Positions 1 to 13,015 of a DNA stretch of 64,000 nucleotides are shown here, in pieces. Below the pieces are notes generated by a model. That model was not told where the DNA came from. It did not search any database and saw only the letters and a program-made list of their open reading frames with translations. Source of the stretch: Gordius albopunctatus (Eukaryota); the NCBI GenBank assembly GCA_964276515.1, contig OZ193909.1, positions 4,960,001 through 5,024,000 on the forward strand. The letters are read 5' to 3'. The position numbers and the translations under genes are program-made. How positions within the stretch are numbered: the stretch's first letter is position 1; every line of letters begins with the position of its first letter.

Positions 1-3000
1 GGCGCATCAGTTGATTACACCACACTATGCTGAGGTGATCGTTGGAGAGCCATACATCCACGAGGTGTGTGGTTGAATATTGAAAATCTTGCCTAAATGT
101 TCAAAGCTTTAGCTACACTTATTTTTATAATTGAATTGGCCTGAGATATGTCTGATCTAAAATCACAATTTCAACAATCATAATTTGTGCAAAGGCCTTA
201 TTATATGGATTACTCAAGACTAGTAAAAACGCCTGGGTTTCGACCTTTGGTTTAACTAAGAATAACAATTGTCGATTCTGGTCTCTTTTTCAAATTTCGA
301 CTAAACCTACGGGCCGAAAAAGAAACATAGACCAAAGAACCTCCTTTGTTCGGTTTATGTAGACCAAACTAAACCCAGGCGTTTTCACAACACTACTCAA
401 AACTTTAAAATGAATTATTACATAGCACATAGGCTCAAGATGAAGATCTTTCTAATTATTATTATTATTTCGGTAAATATTTTACAATTTCCGGTTTACA
501 CGAGTTTTCCACTGTGCCCATGATAAAACTTAAATTTTTGTCATTGGTCAACAATAACACTACCTAAAAGCATTCGGGCGTTCAAATTGTACGTAATCTG
601 TGGGTACGAGCCGATCTCTAGACCCACCGGCTAGTGATAGGATCGGAGGAAGGGTGAAAGTGGAATTTTCGAGACTGTTTAGTGTCCAAAATGAGTGCAC
701 ACTTTCGTAATAAGTTAAGGCTGCGGGATCCCAAGCAATAACTTTTAACGTGTGTGGTTGGTGTGAGTAAATAAAGAATTTGCGAGAAGCGCGAGGAATC
801 TATTATTACTATATTTAAGAGGTGTATTATGGCTTATCTCAAATTGACATCACTTTAAAAAAGCACCTGTGCTGAATTTATCCCTTTTCGCAAATAAATA
901 ATCGAGCGTTAGTAGGCAAAGGTAATAAATTTGAGTTATTAATTAAAAGTTTTACTTAATCTTGTTGTATTCCCCCCCTCCCTCCCTCCCTAATTTTTGT
1001 TTACTTTTATTTTGACTTGTATATCAGCCCCTGTGGTCCAAAGTACTGCAACTCTTTCCCTCATTTTCACTTCATCAGTCACATTGGACCATTCATTATT
1101 AACTACAAATAAGGAAAACTTTATATGTTAAAGAAACTGTTTATAACTTTTATATTCTTTTTATGCCCTTTTTAGCATCATTAGTAGTAGTATACTTAAA
1201 GGGGGAAAACACATGCTATCTCCCTCTTTTAACTAACAGGGTTTCTTTCAGAGGAATAATTGTAGGGGTTAACTTGAGATACAATTTGATTGATTCACTA
1301 AATGCAAATTTTAATAAAAATGTTTTATCTGCCCTAGGATTACAAAACCATGCCTGTTCAAAGCTTATAATGTATCATGATGATTCCTTAGTTGGTTTTA
1401 AGAGTCATTTTAATCTATGACACATTTCAAAGCATTATAGTTAATGGGCCTAGAGATCTAAAATATTCAATAGCTTAACAAAAAATTATTTAGCGTTATG
1501 AGGAATCTTAGAAGGCTTGGCCCATAATACCCCCAAAAAACCGGAGATAAATTATTTTTTAATTTTACCACAATTTTTTATTACTTTTAGTGATAGAGAT
1601 AACTATCTATGCTTCATGAAAATAATGTTTTATAATAATAAGTTCTAAAATTAAAAAATCAAACATCCAATACTACTTTCCTAAATTAAACTTTATGCTT
1701 ATTCAAAATTCCCTATTGATTTTTGCTACTTATAAATACTCTCAAGCTTACTACTATATATACATATAAGTGAAGTTTGTAAAATCAAAAGCCCTTTAAG
1801 AACTAGAGAGGAATTTTCACGTTTTCTAATTTTTATAGATATAGATGATAACAAAATAGGTACAGAAATTTATGAATTAAGGGTAGGTTTGAAAGTTAAT
1901 TTCCAAAATAACTAGGCCATCTAACCTCACTAACAGATAGAGTTATGTAGATTAGCCCTCTTATTGGTAAAATTAGGTGAACATAACTGTAAATGTTTGA
2001 CTACAATAGTAATACTTGGCATTTTGTGGGGTGTGGCCAAAGTTATTATCAAATCAATTTGGCGGTGATCTATCTTCTCATCCATTAACATGCCCCTGGC
2101 TATCGTTCCACCCTAATAGAAGTAATTTCACAAAGTTTTATATATTTTTTATGCTGCTTACAAATTCATTACTGTAATTATATTAGATACTTAAAACAGA
2201 ATTGCTTTTTTAAAATATTGTTTTATAAAAATGGTGTAATCCAAACCCACCGTTTTTATACAACAATATTCATATAAACAGATTAACAATTCTAAATTGT
2301 ATTGCTTTTCAAAACTTTGAAAAGTAATGGTAAAATTAGCTTCTGCGCATTGGAAAAAACAAATTACTTAAACTAGTAGAGGAATAACACAAGAGAATTT
2401 TGAATCAAAAAATTTAAATTATTTTAATGTGCAATAATTTTGTTTATTATTATTATTAATTTAGTGCCAAATTTATCTAATCTAATTTATTATAACAATA
2501 ATTTCTAAAACCCCATTTAAAAGTTGATAAAAAAATAAAATCACAAATATTTTTAGCTTTATATCTTAAATAAAAAAGCTTCATTTGTATAATGTTAAAA
2601 AATTTACCAAAGAATGTCCAATAATGGTCAATTTGTTAGGTACAGCATCATTATTTTTGTAAAGTTTAAGTAGATGGCCAAGAGCATAACTGCTATACTC
2701 TTAATACTTAAAAAATAATTTGTTAATATACTACCTGTTTGCATTTTAAGCATCAATCCACTAAAAGCACTTTTTTCCTTCAAATATTATATGAAAATTT
2801 ATGGAAAAGGCAATCAAATAATTGTTTTACCTCATTATAATCTATGGAATAAAAATCATATAGAAGTCTGTATTTTGATGAAGTAGCAATTTTATCCATA
2901 GTAACTGATGCAATTGACCTAACTACATATAATTGTTTCTAAATTTCATTCAATGAGTACCTTGTTTATAACTTCCACAATTTCCAGGCAGAAACAATAT

Positions 3001-3396
3001 AGGCTTACCTTTAAATCTAGGTTTTCTAAATAAATTAAAAAGTTTGAATGATTATCTCTATTTTCTTAACTTTATAAGAACACTTTTAAATTTTTATGCT
3101 TAAGCAATTGCATAAAAAAATTTAAAAATGCTTTACTTTGAAGGGAAATGCCTACAAAGATTTGTTATTATATTAATCAATCTTAAAATACTTTTCTGTG
3201 TAGTAATATAATTTGTAGGGACCTATAGTTAAATTTGGTATAATAATTTCCTATGCAAATTAAATTAATGATATACATTAATTACTTGATATAATGGAAA
3301 TCCATACATATAGGTCATATTGCATTTATTAATTTCGCTCAAAGCACATGAATAAATAAAAAATGTTGAAAATAATATTTGCCTTTTAAAAAGCAT
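1..3396 (-). CDS. PGAP1: GPI inositol-deacylase (PGAP1/Bst1), 5' part; gene continues off the window's left edge
   Basis: Manual splicing from ATG at 3396 gives MLFKRQILFSTFFIYSCALSEINKCNMTYMYGFPLYQ, then KPILFLPGNCGSYKQ|VRSIAS...DFYSIDYNE|EKSAFSG, then LTIIGHSL|GGTIARG...IITLATPH (lipase GxSxG split by intron 2113-2607), and at 1-92 STTHLVDVWLSNDHLSIVWCNQL. These are PGAP1 motifs. Exons between about 1000 and 2000 are not fully resolved. Confidence 0.93.
221..395. mobile_element. hAT-like MITE in a PGAP1 intron
   Basis: Inverted termini TAGT..AAAACGCCTGGGTTT / AAACCCAGGCGTTTT..CACTA, flanked by an 8-bp near-duplicate ctcaagac/ctcaaaac. Confidence 0.7.
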
Positions 3397-4468
3397 TTCT
3401 TTGGTCAGCTGTTATTATTTAACAAAGGTGCAATATCCTACAATTATTGACTGTTTTTATTTAAACCTACTTGGTCACAAACATAGTCACAAACGAATTG
3501 CCTATCAACAATATTCTAGGCTAAACTATGATAAATAGTCAAATTATTTTATAAGATACACATACAATACAAACATGACCATTATACGCTTTTGACTAGA
3601 TAAAAGGCATAAGAAATACCAAAGTGGCTTCAAATAAATTTAATCTTAAATTAATTTTTTAATATAAAAAAGATAGGAAATTGTAGTATATTTTAATTTG
3701 TGCATTTTACGCAATAAAACTGCGAGACTAGTGTCCAAATCCCAAAATAGTGTCTCATCCATTTTGCATTATCAACACTCTGTAAAAAACAGGTTTTATA
3801 GTGGTTAGATTTTATAATAAAAATTAAATGGACCCTATAAATCTCTCTTTTTCAAGGGTGTGTTAACTATATGAAATTTGCTACTGTGTATATATTTGAG
3901 AATTGTAAATTTTTAAAAATGTTTTAGCGATAAAAATGCAAAATCAATCCTGAACAATTTCTGCCATTTGATATATATTGATTTGAAATTTAAATTTGAA
4001 CTATATTCGATGCGGAGAGGAAAAAACTATATTGATCCAGAAGTTTCAAGATTCCATATACAATATAGATACTAAATATCCATCTCCTATGTTTATTGTA
4101 AATTTATGCTAAAAAATTTTAATGGTATTGATGGACTCTAATTTTAAGGCAGCTTTGTCTGAATATAATTTCTAATTGAGCCTATTTGTTGTTTTTATTC
4201 CAAATCAAATTGTTAAATACCCTTCTATATAAATCAAAATAGTTGCAAATTTTAGTCAAAAATAAAGAATAACGTTTATTTTAATTAGAGATATTATTTA
4301 AATACAGAAGTTATTTTATCTTCTATATAAGCAAATATATAATATATAGTGTCGATGCCAAAAGTATATTCTGAGACATTTAATAACGGGTTTACATGAA
4401 AGGCAAATTAAGACAAAAAATAAATAGGTTTAAATTTGCTTATCACCGGTTTTTTTTCTAAATTAGTA

Positions 4469-6113
4469 CTATTGAATATGTTTAGACCTTCTTGCATTCA
4501 ATTTTGGGCCTCTTAAAGCACCCTTTTGGAGTTTTTCCAACATTTTGATCAAATTGTCTAACATTTCGATGTCACGGGCCAAAATCCTCTCAGGAGTTCT
4601 GATTTTGGTCAAATGATTTACTTGTTGCGAAAATTCTGGTAATTGGGGCCCAATGACGCTCTCTATAGCACAACCAATTTCGTTCAATGGTTCTAGTATA
4701 GTCAATATAAGATCTGTCGACAACTTTTCGGCACCCGTCCATACGTTGTAAACTGCATTGATTGCATCATAGGTCGGCACAAGCATTGGCGTAAGCTATT
4801 GAAAAAGTGAATTAATAAATCAAATTAAAATAGTTTTTCCATACTGTCCTTACCAACATGATTATTTCACAAGGGAAAATTGAAAATTATTTTGATACAA
4901 AATTTGAACCTTTTATTACTTGAAATACGACAAATATAACTATTTTGGAAGGGAAAAATTTTATCAAAGCCAATCGTTAATTTCTGTTAATAAAATTAAC
5001 TCAAAATTATTACCAAATTGTAACCTCTTTTTATGAAATTGAACACTTTTTTCCACCATTTGACTTCCACCTGTTTCTCCTCCTCGTCTACACGCCCAAC
5101 CTGTCGCAACGAATTTCGTAGATTTGTTTATATAGAGAAATACAGAAAAGATTCACCATATCATTCATATTATAGATGAATCATGGGCGTAGCCAGGTTT
5201 TGGATGGGTGGGGGGGGGCGAAAATTGTTTTAGTTCAATTGGGGAGGGGGGCAAAACATAGTTTTTTTAATTTTTAAGGGTTTTTGTATTGAATTTTTTT
5301 TATTATTTAGGGGGTGGGGCGGCCGCCTTCCCCTGCCCCCCCCCCTGGCTACGCCCTAATGATAAAGCAAGTTAATAAATTGGCTTTGAGAGTAGATATT
5401 ATTTAGAATTTTATTTAATTTGATTAAATTTTAGATGAATATACGAAATGTTTAATGTTCTCAATATATATGCTCACTAATTCTTCTTTAGCCATACGTG
5501 AGGCAGCGATCGCCGTGACTATGGGTCTTTTTATCCGTTCTATCAACTCGTCTACGCTCATTCCCCTTAATGGAGGACATTCAATTGTTGACCTACGCGT
5601 CATCACCCTAGGTCCTATTTATAGTAATGGTTTAAAGAATAAAACCTGGATATTTCTAGTGCTATTCCCATCGAACAAAAAATTTATATCTTTTAGCCTA
5701 TTACACGTGTTTTAAATTTCATGATTTGCTTTCGACAGAAGTTATGAGAGCCTATACTTTATCCTCAAATACACACTTAACACTCAAAAAGTAAAAGGTA
5801 TAGAGAAAATATTCAGCTTAAATAAAATTATAACAAAAGGCAATCATTTCGAGTGATACTAATTATGTCAATAAATTAGTGAATACTGTTGAGACAGAAA
5901 AAAAATTTGCTTGTTAGTTTCTATTATAATATTACACATAAATTTTGATTTTATGTAATTATGAGTTTTTAGAGGAATATGGCAAACTGTTTGCTACAAA
6001 ACATATAATAGTTCCAAATTAAAATAATACTAGCACAGATATGTACAATTACTTGGTGCTGAAATTCCGATAAATATTGTTAATAGGCTAATGATGAAGA
6101 TATAATTTGCCAT
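4469..6113 (-). CDS. Unknown secreted helical protein, family copy A (4 exons, 203 aa)
   Basis: Exons 6113-6053, 5614-5478, 5100-5014, 4795-4469, all GT-AG and in frame: MANYIFIISLLTIFIGISAP|RPRVMTRRSTIECPPLRGMSVDELIERIKRPIVTAIAASRMAKEEL|VGRVDEEEKQVEVKWWKKVFNFIKRGYNL|LTPMLVPTYDAINAVYNVWTG...LEPLNEIGCAIESVIG...LARDIEMLDNLIKMLEKL...RRSKHIQ*. Exon 2 (137 nt) and exon 4 (327 nt) match the paralog at 14137-15262 in length and phase. Confidence 0.88.
5182..5358. mobile_element. MITE with GGGCGTAGCCAG termini in intron 2 of copy A; related copies near 27441, 41118 and 51951
   Basis: catgggcgtagccagg ... cctggctacgccc inverted termini with internal G and C runs; the same termini recur elsewhere in the window. 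Confidence 0.7.
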
Positions 6114-6195
6114 AAAATACCGTTTGCAGAGTAATGGAAAGATAAAGGTCTAATTAAAAATAGAGTTCTAGAACACGAATTTCGAAGTCTTACAG

Positions 6196-6617
6196 ATTTT
6201 AAAAATTTCTTGCGAATAACCTAACATTGAAACGTGGAAAAATCCACATAGCTGGTTTAGTAATGAATATAAATTGGTAACTTATTCGATTCATTCATGA
6301 ATTAATCTATATAATAGGAAATTCCTGTATTAACACACACGGCAGAATATGTACCATCTAAAAAATGGTCAACTAAGGATATTATGACTTTACTAGGGCC
6401 CTTTAACCAGTTAGGGTGTATTGTTGAGGGTATAGTAGGCCCTATATTTCCTTCCGTCTCTAGACAAATAATGGCTCAGGCCGATGTCACATCTGAAGAT
6501 GAAGTCTTGGCTAGAGATTATGTAATGGTGAAAAACATCGTAAAACTGTTGGAAAATATGAAAAAGGCATTAAATCGTAGGAAGCATCCTTCTCGCTTAC
6601 ATTTAAGATACGATTAA
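6196..6617 (+). pseudogene. Family copy B: exons 3-4 only, probable pseudogene
   Basis: Exon 4 (6318-6617, after tag acceptor) reads EIPVLTHTAEYVPSKKWSTKDIMTLLGPFNQLGCIVEGIVG...SRQIMAQADVTSEDEVLARDYVMVKNIVKLLENMKKAL..., clearly homologous to copies A and C. Putative exon 3 (6196-6276, cag..gt) reads ILKISCE*PNIETWKNPHSWFSNEYKL with an in-frame TAA. No exons 1-2 were found upstream. Confidence 0.75.
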
Positions 6618-6678
6618 AATTGAAAATGTAATTGCACCTGCGTAATATGCCTCTTATAACACTTTATTAGACGTGTTA

Positions 6679-6943
6679 TAATAAGTTATTATACAATTTA
6701 TTTATCTAAATAAACCATTATTATGCCTCAATATTTCATTTATCAAAATAGTGGTTTTGAATATAAGGTTGAAAAAAATTATAAATACGACATTGGATAC
6801 CAAATATTGTGAAGACAAAAAATATATTAAGAATGGTTGGGGCTTGTTTGGTCTGCAAATAAATTATTAGTTAATAGGTCAGAGGGTGACCATGCTACCC
6901 TTTTGATAAAAACTGGAATCTTTGCTCCCCTTTAGCCGAATTT
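6679..6943. repeat. Left arm of a ~265-bp inverted duplication (partner 13016-13283); 3' flank of copy B
   Basis: Reverse complement of 13016-13283, roughly 95% identical by manual alignment; contains AATAAA. Confidence 0.9.
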
Positions 6944-7409
6944 TTGACGCAATTTAAATTATTTAAGTAAGTGTTTCCAATATATTACTATTTTTGCGCT
7001 TCGTTTTCATTAACCCGCAATACACTTAACGATAACAAGCAATTAACGTTTAACTCGTTTTCACATCTCAACATCTTAAAACAAATAGGTGTGGTATATT
7101 ATATACATTAATAAGGTAGTTGTAAAATGCTACAAAGGGTATTTTTTAATTTGACGTTTGCATACTAAACTCGCTGCATTAAATTTAAGAACGTTTAGGA
7201 TACATAACTTAAGCTAATCTTTTATATTTTGACACATTTTACCCTTAATATTATTTTTACATGCATAATTCGTTCAAAAAGTGAAGGATGAATGTAAAAC
7301 ATATTTCCTTGCAGTATACATAGACTAGATAGACTGCTCATGCCATATGTTCCATATGATTTATTGTGTGTCAAATTTCTCCATTTTGAAGAGAGCAACT
7401 GATGTATTT

Positions 7410-7581
7410 TGGTGCCCTATCAACTTGCTGAAAACAATCTCGCCGAATTTAATGTCCCCCAGTTAAAAAAAGGTCCACTTTAAAATCGTCCCCCATTCAA
7501 CTAATCACAAAACGGGGACCTTTTTTAACTGGAGGACATTAAATTCGGCGAGATTGTTTTCGGCAAGTTGACGGGCCACCG
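7410..7581. mobile_element. Palindromic MITE with (C)GGTGGCCCGTCAACTTGCCGAAAA termini; copies at about 20645-20811 and 33469-33733
   Basis: Long inverted arms (...ctcgccgaatttaatgtcc / ggacattaaattcggcgag...) and a flanking direct repeat tgtattt. Confidence 0.85.
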
Positions 7582-8368
7582 TGTATTTTAACCATTTAAT
7601 TTACGCGCTATAACAGTCAATTTACCTTCCTCACTAATTTATAAATTAAAATGAACGTCAATAAATTAATATTATACAAAATATTGATGGCGCTATATTA
7701 TTAAACAAACTTTAATCACATTTTTTCATTTTTAATTTCTATGTAGTGCGTAAATGAGATTTATTTTAAAATGCTGTTTTTGATATCTACCCAAACCTAA
7801 CATTGATTGTTCTTGCTATGCAATTTATGGGCTCATTTAGGTTCTATATATTAAAGAAATTTGACGCATAATTTAATATCACTTAGATTTGCTGCTTGTA
7901 AACAAAATTTGTTTACAATTTCCTTCGTTTTTGTTGTTGGAGGAATCACACTAATTTATGCTCCGGTAAGAACAAGACTTGGTTTCTAGGCCACACAGCA
8001 ATAATAATTTTCTCCGTAAGTCAATTATTAAGAAAGATACACATATTAGTTTTTTTGTTTTGTTAAAAAGTTTATTTTCACGAAAAAAAGTTACATAAAT
8101 AAGCGAAATACAAAAATAAAGACATCGTGGTTAAATAAAAAGATCTATATCATTCTCTTCTAAAATGGGCCATGAGTCGGCAAAGGATTTAAAGTTGTAT
8201 CGTGCAACAAGAATCCCTAGGGGTTTTTTATGAATGACAACAGAAGTTCTGACGGATAGACCATAGTCCCTTATAAGAGGCTTTTGCCTTTTCTGGTATC
8301 GCACCTTCAATTTTTTTGATTAATTGGAACTTAAAACTTCAATTCTTTTTTTTTGTTAAAGCTACTTT

Positions 8369-9941
8369 TAGTGATGCGGAAAAAACAAGAAAAATCTTGG
8401 TCGACGAGACGAGACGAGAATTTCAAAAATGGAGTCGAGATCGAGACGATAATTTTGATGTCGAGACGAGACGAGATGAGATTTTTTCGGCGAGATCTCG
8501 ACTTTTTATTGATCGTTAGATTTTAGTAAATTATTGTGTATTTTAATTTGCATGATTTACATTTAAGGTATTAAAATTGTAAATCAATATGTATAAAATA
8601 TATTTGATATTAAAAAAATTCCTAAGTGTAGTAAATATCATATATTTTTAAAAAAAAATTTAAAATTTGGCAATCATTTACCTAAGTGAGGTTGATCCAT
8701 AGGGTATGTTAATAATTTTATAATATCTTTATCACCTATTTGTATCCATAGCACCATTAAATATTAAAGAAATTTTAGGCTTAGAATGAGTTCTAATGGA
8801 ATAGTAAATTTGCAGTTACTCATCCTGCATAATGCGGTAATTATAAATTGGTAGTAAATCAGTTTGAATAAGTGGGTCTAGATTTTTGAGCACCCGTCTA
8901 ACGATTTCAAAAGTAAAATAGAGCATTTAATGATACCGTAATAGATTAAATATTTTTTTAAAGTTTTTATGCTTCAACTAAGAGTATACCTCCCAAATAT
9001 TTGAATTTTAATAAGACATTATGTGATTATATAGTTTTGTCATATGCATTACTTTTCACATCATACACTGGGTTGGCAGGTGCATTTAAATTTATTATAT
9101 TTCCATAATTGTGAAATATAAAATAAATACACGAGCCTATACTGTATTCGATAAATAACTATTTAATGGCAAAGTTAGTTGGAATTGGAAGGTAATTATT
9201 TGGAATATAAATTTGATTATAATGATTTCTGTCATAAATTTAAATAAGACAATTTACAGTTTAAACCTTATCTTCTTAATCCTATAATGATGCAATTTTT
9301 ATTGTTGTTTTTACAACGTTTTGATATGTGCATCTAGTTATCAATTCTGTAAATAATATTATCATTAAAAGTCACTCGCACTTTATGGTTTATAACGCTA
9401 TAGTAAACATGCAATAAACACTATGGCATATAATTGATGATGGTAACAATAGACTTAGTCAATTAAGAAGCTTTACTCAGGGTTAACAAAGGGTCTCAAT
9501 TTGCTCAATTATGCAACTAAGTCAACTATAAGCGAACGTATTATTAAGTCTATTTATAGTTGATAAAAAAGTGAATTTGATACAAATGTTATAATTTGCT
9601 AGAACATTCACATTTAATTTTCTATACTTCAAATTTATTTATAGTCTTTTAGTCTGCACTTTCCATAGAAAATGTTATCTTTATGAATTAATTTATATCT
9701 TTATATTGTCAATGAGATGTCGTGTCCCGCTAAATCTTTGAAAAGTTTGTGTATTAAAGTTTCTTGAAAAATATAAAAATTTGCCATTTGGATTTTTTAA
9801 CACTTTTTTAATATTTTTAATAAAACAGGAGAAATTTTTATTCAGTATATATTTTTTTTAAAAGTCGAGACGAGACTAGAATTATCGTCGAGACGCGACG
9901 AGATCGAGATTTTTCTAGACCGAGACGAGATCGAAACACTA
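8369..9941 (+). mobile_element. Non-autonomous hAT-like element, GAGAC-repeat family, copy 1
   Basis: TAGTG...CACTA termini, subterminal (GAGAC)n repeats, 8-bp TSD gctacttt/gctacctt. Interior is homologous to 17269-20067 in reverse orientation. Confidence 0.85.
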
Positions 9942-10495
9942 GCTACCTTTATTCTCTTATAGTGATTATCTGCCATCAAATATATTGAAGGATGAATATA
10001 TTTACTGTCATTTGTCGAGCAAAATAAATAACTCATTTAAATAAGTTTAACGCCATCAAAATTTTAAAAAGCTTTATTTTTAGCCAGTATCATTTTTTTG
10101 CATTTTTTCATGCAAATTTTAATATTATATTGTCATAAAAATGGTTCCTAGGCACGATGATAAAAAAAATTTAGTAAAATTGTATTCAAAGTAACATTGT
10201 ATAGATTTATTTATAAAATTATAGCATCAAATGAATAACTAAATATTTTAAATGGAACAAATACCAAACTTGTTGATAATGTTTCCACAATTATAATGGG
10301 ACAATGTAACAACATTTTATAAATTATTCTTAAAAATTGAAATTTTTTTAGGTTCAAGTGGAGTTAGTACTGATAATTACTTACTAGATGCTAATGAAAA
10401 GCCCCTACACAGGGTGCAACCAACCCCTGCACCAGCTGAAAATTCACAAAGTAAATTTCTTTAGTTTTAATTGGTATAGCCCTCAAATAATTTAG

Positions 10496-10700
10496 ATAAA
10501 ATGTTTTTGCCATCCTCAAAAGGATAAACAATCTTGATGCTCAATGATTTATCTATATGTCGTTGACAAAACTACTCAGATTTCAACCTACTATAGATGC
10601 AGAAATTTAAAATGCCCTTGCAGATTAACATATTTTAAAATAGCTAAATCAAGAGATAATCCCAACCATGAACCTGAAACATATGAGTATCAATATTAAG
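10496..10700 (+). pseudogene. Degenerate FLYWCH zinc-finger fragment, possibly from a MULE transposase
   Basis: With one stop and a frameshift it reads FLPSSKG*TILMLND.../VVDKTTQISTYYRCRNLKCPCRLTYFKIAKSRDNPNHEP, which fits FLYWCH spacing (S.KG..L....Y...Y/W.C....C..R...xNH). An exon-like AG..GT block lies upstream at about 10352-10450. Confidence 0.5.
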
Positions 10701-11086
10701 TAACAAAGTATAAATTAAAGGATGCCCTAAATAATAATCCTTTGGAATTAATATCTAAGGTAATCCTAACATATTTAAAATCAAGGAATCAGTAATACTA
10801 TTAAGTATATGTGAATACGTGGAAGAAGAATATTTTAATTTAGTATAACTTTTATTTGTATATCATTTTCAACAGATTTATTGTAAGCCAAAGCCGAGTT
10901 GGTAAAAACCATATGTTTTAATTCAATTATTTTTTTTGTCTTAAAATTTTTGTTTTATTATTTGTTAATATGTCCCATCCCTGGCTCTACTATTTAATAA
11001 AGATTAATTATCCTTATCTATTTTCTTTATAAGTCTCTTTATCAGACACTTTATTAGTATACAGTGATATATGACAATATCTACAT

Positions 11087-11480
11087 TAGAGATCTGCAAC
11101 GGGCCGTTTTTAGAATGTCGGCCCGCCCGTACCCATTTTCAAAACTTCAAGGCCCGTCCGAGCCCGCCCGTAATTTTTTTCAACACTTCAGGCCCATGCG
11201 AGCCCGTCCGTAAATTTTTATGTCCGTCCTAACCCGTCCGTAAAATTTCCAGGCCCGTTTGTACCCGTTTAGAAAAACGTCAAGCCCGACCAAGCTCGTT
11301 TAAATTTTTTCAAAGAACTTAGCGCCCGCCCCCATCAAAAATTTCACACAAAATTTTATTTTTTGACATATTCATAAAAAACATCAATAATTATCATGTA
11401 AAAATAATAAATCATCCATTATTTCTGCAGTTAATTCATCTAAAAATTTGAATATAGTACTACCATTCAATTGCTTTAAA
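11087..11480. mobile_element. One end of a hAT-like element (GCCCG-repeat family) with a transposase C-terminal remnant
   Basis: TAGAGATCTGCAACGGGCC terminus like 30206; many GCCCG/CCCGT subterminal repeats; minus strand ...EIMDDLLFLHDNY*. Confidence 0.6.
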
Positions 11481-12269
11481 ATATTACACGACAATATTCC
11501 ACTTCCAACAATTTAATTTTATTTGTTAATTTAACTCAATACACCTAAGAAGTTAAAATTTAGTATTACCATTAAATTAAAATACTTTAATAAAATTACA
11601 TAATAATATTCAACTTTCAATAAACAGTTTACATTGATTTGATTAATTTATATCAATTAATACACTTATATTATTAGAACAAAAAATATTTATTAAATTA
11701 TAAGGCCCTAATAATAATTATACCTGTAAAATTCATGATAAAATTAAACACACATTTTGAAATCCCGCACTGTGAATCAGCGATAAAAAGGGTGCCTACT
11801 GGCTAACATCCCAGCTCTGTCACGCACCGAGCAACAGCCTCGAAAAATATATATTATAATTAATTTATACTAAACTATCCCAAAGGCTTTTATTTTATAC
11901 CTACACTGTCAATTGTCATTTCTCGCGAATGTCGTCGAATTTGCAATTTTGAATTCGACGGAATGATATTGCAAACATATACCTATAAATTAATTTATTA
12001 AATTTAAATTTCAGCGATAAAATAGATCCGCTATAAATTATTCCGCGAATATTTATATATTTTATTATTTCGTTTCGCATCTTTTTCCCAATCATAATTA
12101 CTCAAAGAAATATCTGAGAAAGTTAGGTAAAATAATAATCGCTAAAGCAGGGTAATAAAAATCTTTAAAGATTGGTAATAATAATCGTATCTATTTATAT
12201 CATAGAGATGCTAACAATCGTGACTCATCATAAACAGGAGTTTCGGGAAGTATAAATACCAAAAGAATA

Positions 12270-12590
12270 AAGTATACCAATTACTTTATTCTATATTCAA
12301 TTAAAGTAAATCGTTTGCGAGAAAAGTAAGTGAGTGAGAAGTGTTTTAAACTCCTTTATTTACTCGTGAATTAATTGAATAAATCAATTAAGTTTAGTGG
12401 TGCCTTCGCGAGGTATAAACAAATCAATTACATTTAGTGATGCCTCCGCGAGTTATAAATAAATCAATTACATTTACTGGTGAATCCGCGAGGTATGCTT
12501 GATTGGTCAATTAACGTCGCGAAGTAGTAAGGTAATGTAAATGTGTCAATTAAGTTCCAAATCAATTAAGACAATGGACGCAACAGGATT
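12270..12590. repeat. Dispersed repeat with three ~40-bp tandem units; related copies at about 20410-20635 and, inverted, 28675-28950
   Basis: Units aaatcaatta(a/c)(g/a)ttta(g/c)tg(g/a)tg....cgcgag.tat, followed by the shared motif caattaacgtcgcgaagtagtaaggtaat. Confidence 0.75.
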
Positions 12591-13015
12591 ATAATTTAAA
12601 CGTATATCTAAATTATCATATATCACACACGTAGAGGACACCACAGTACCCTCTACAATTTAATTTGTTTTCCATAATAATTTCTGCTTAATTAATATAG
12701 TATGAGCCCCCCTCTGGCTACGCCATTGCCTAATATAGTATTAATGATTACCACTACAATCTATTGAAAAATACAAATGATCAGATGGTCGTCGTTTTTG
12801 GCATTTGGATGAATAGGGGCTGAGCAGTCTCCTAGTCTATGGCAATATATTGAAGAAAAAACTATTGCAAAAGGAATAGTAGGCATGGATACATATTTAA
12901 TTAGTATAAAATATTCACGGATAATCGGTTTAATCTTTGAAAATAGTGGAAAGCGACATTTATATTCGTTTAATAATAATTGAAGTAATAAAACTATCAT
13001 TAGATAAAGTTATAT

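Noticed and set aside
8130..8310. ~60-codon open stretch on the minus strand (KVRYQKRQ...DIDLFI*)
   Set aside because: No start or convincing splice context, and no similarity to the family or any domain I recognise.
12379..12500. Three ~40-bp repeats that could suggest a CRISPR array
   Set aside because: Units are directly tandem with no unique spacers, the context is eukaryotic, and the block belongs to a dispersed repeat seen elsewhere in the window.
12600..13000. Possible missing exons 1-2 of family copy B
   Set aside because: Only superficial matches (MPTIPFAIVF..., WCPLR); no 137-nt exon with MxRR..IxCP could be built.
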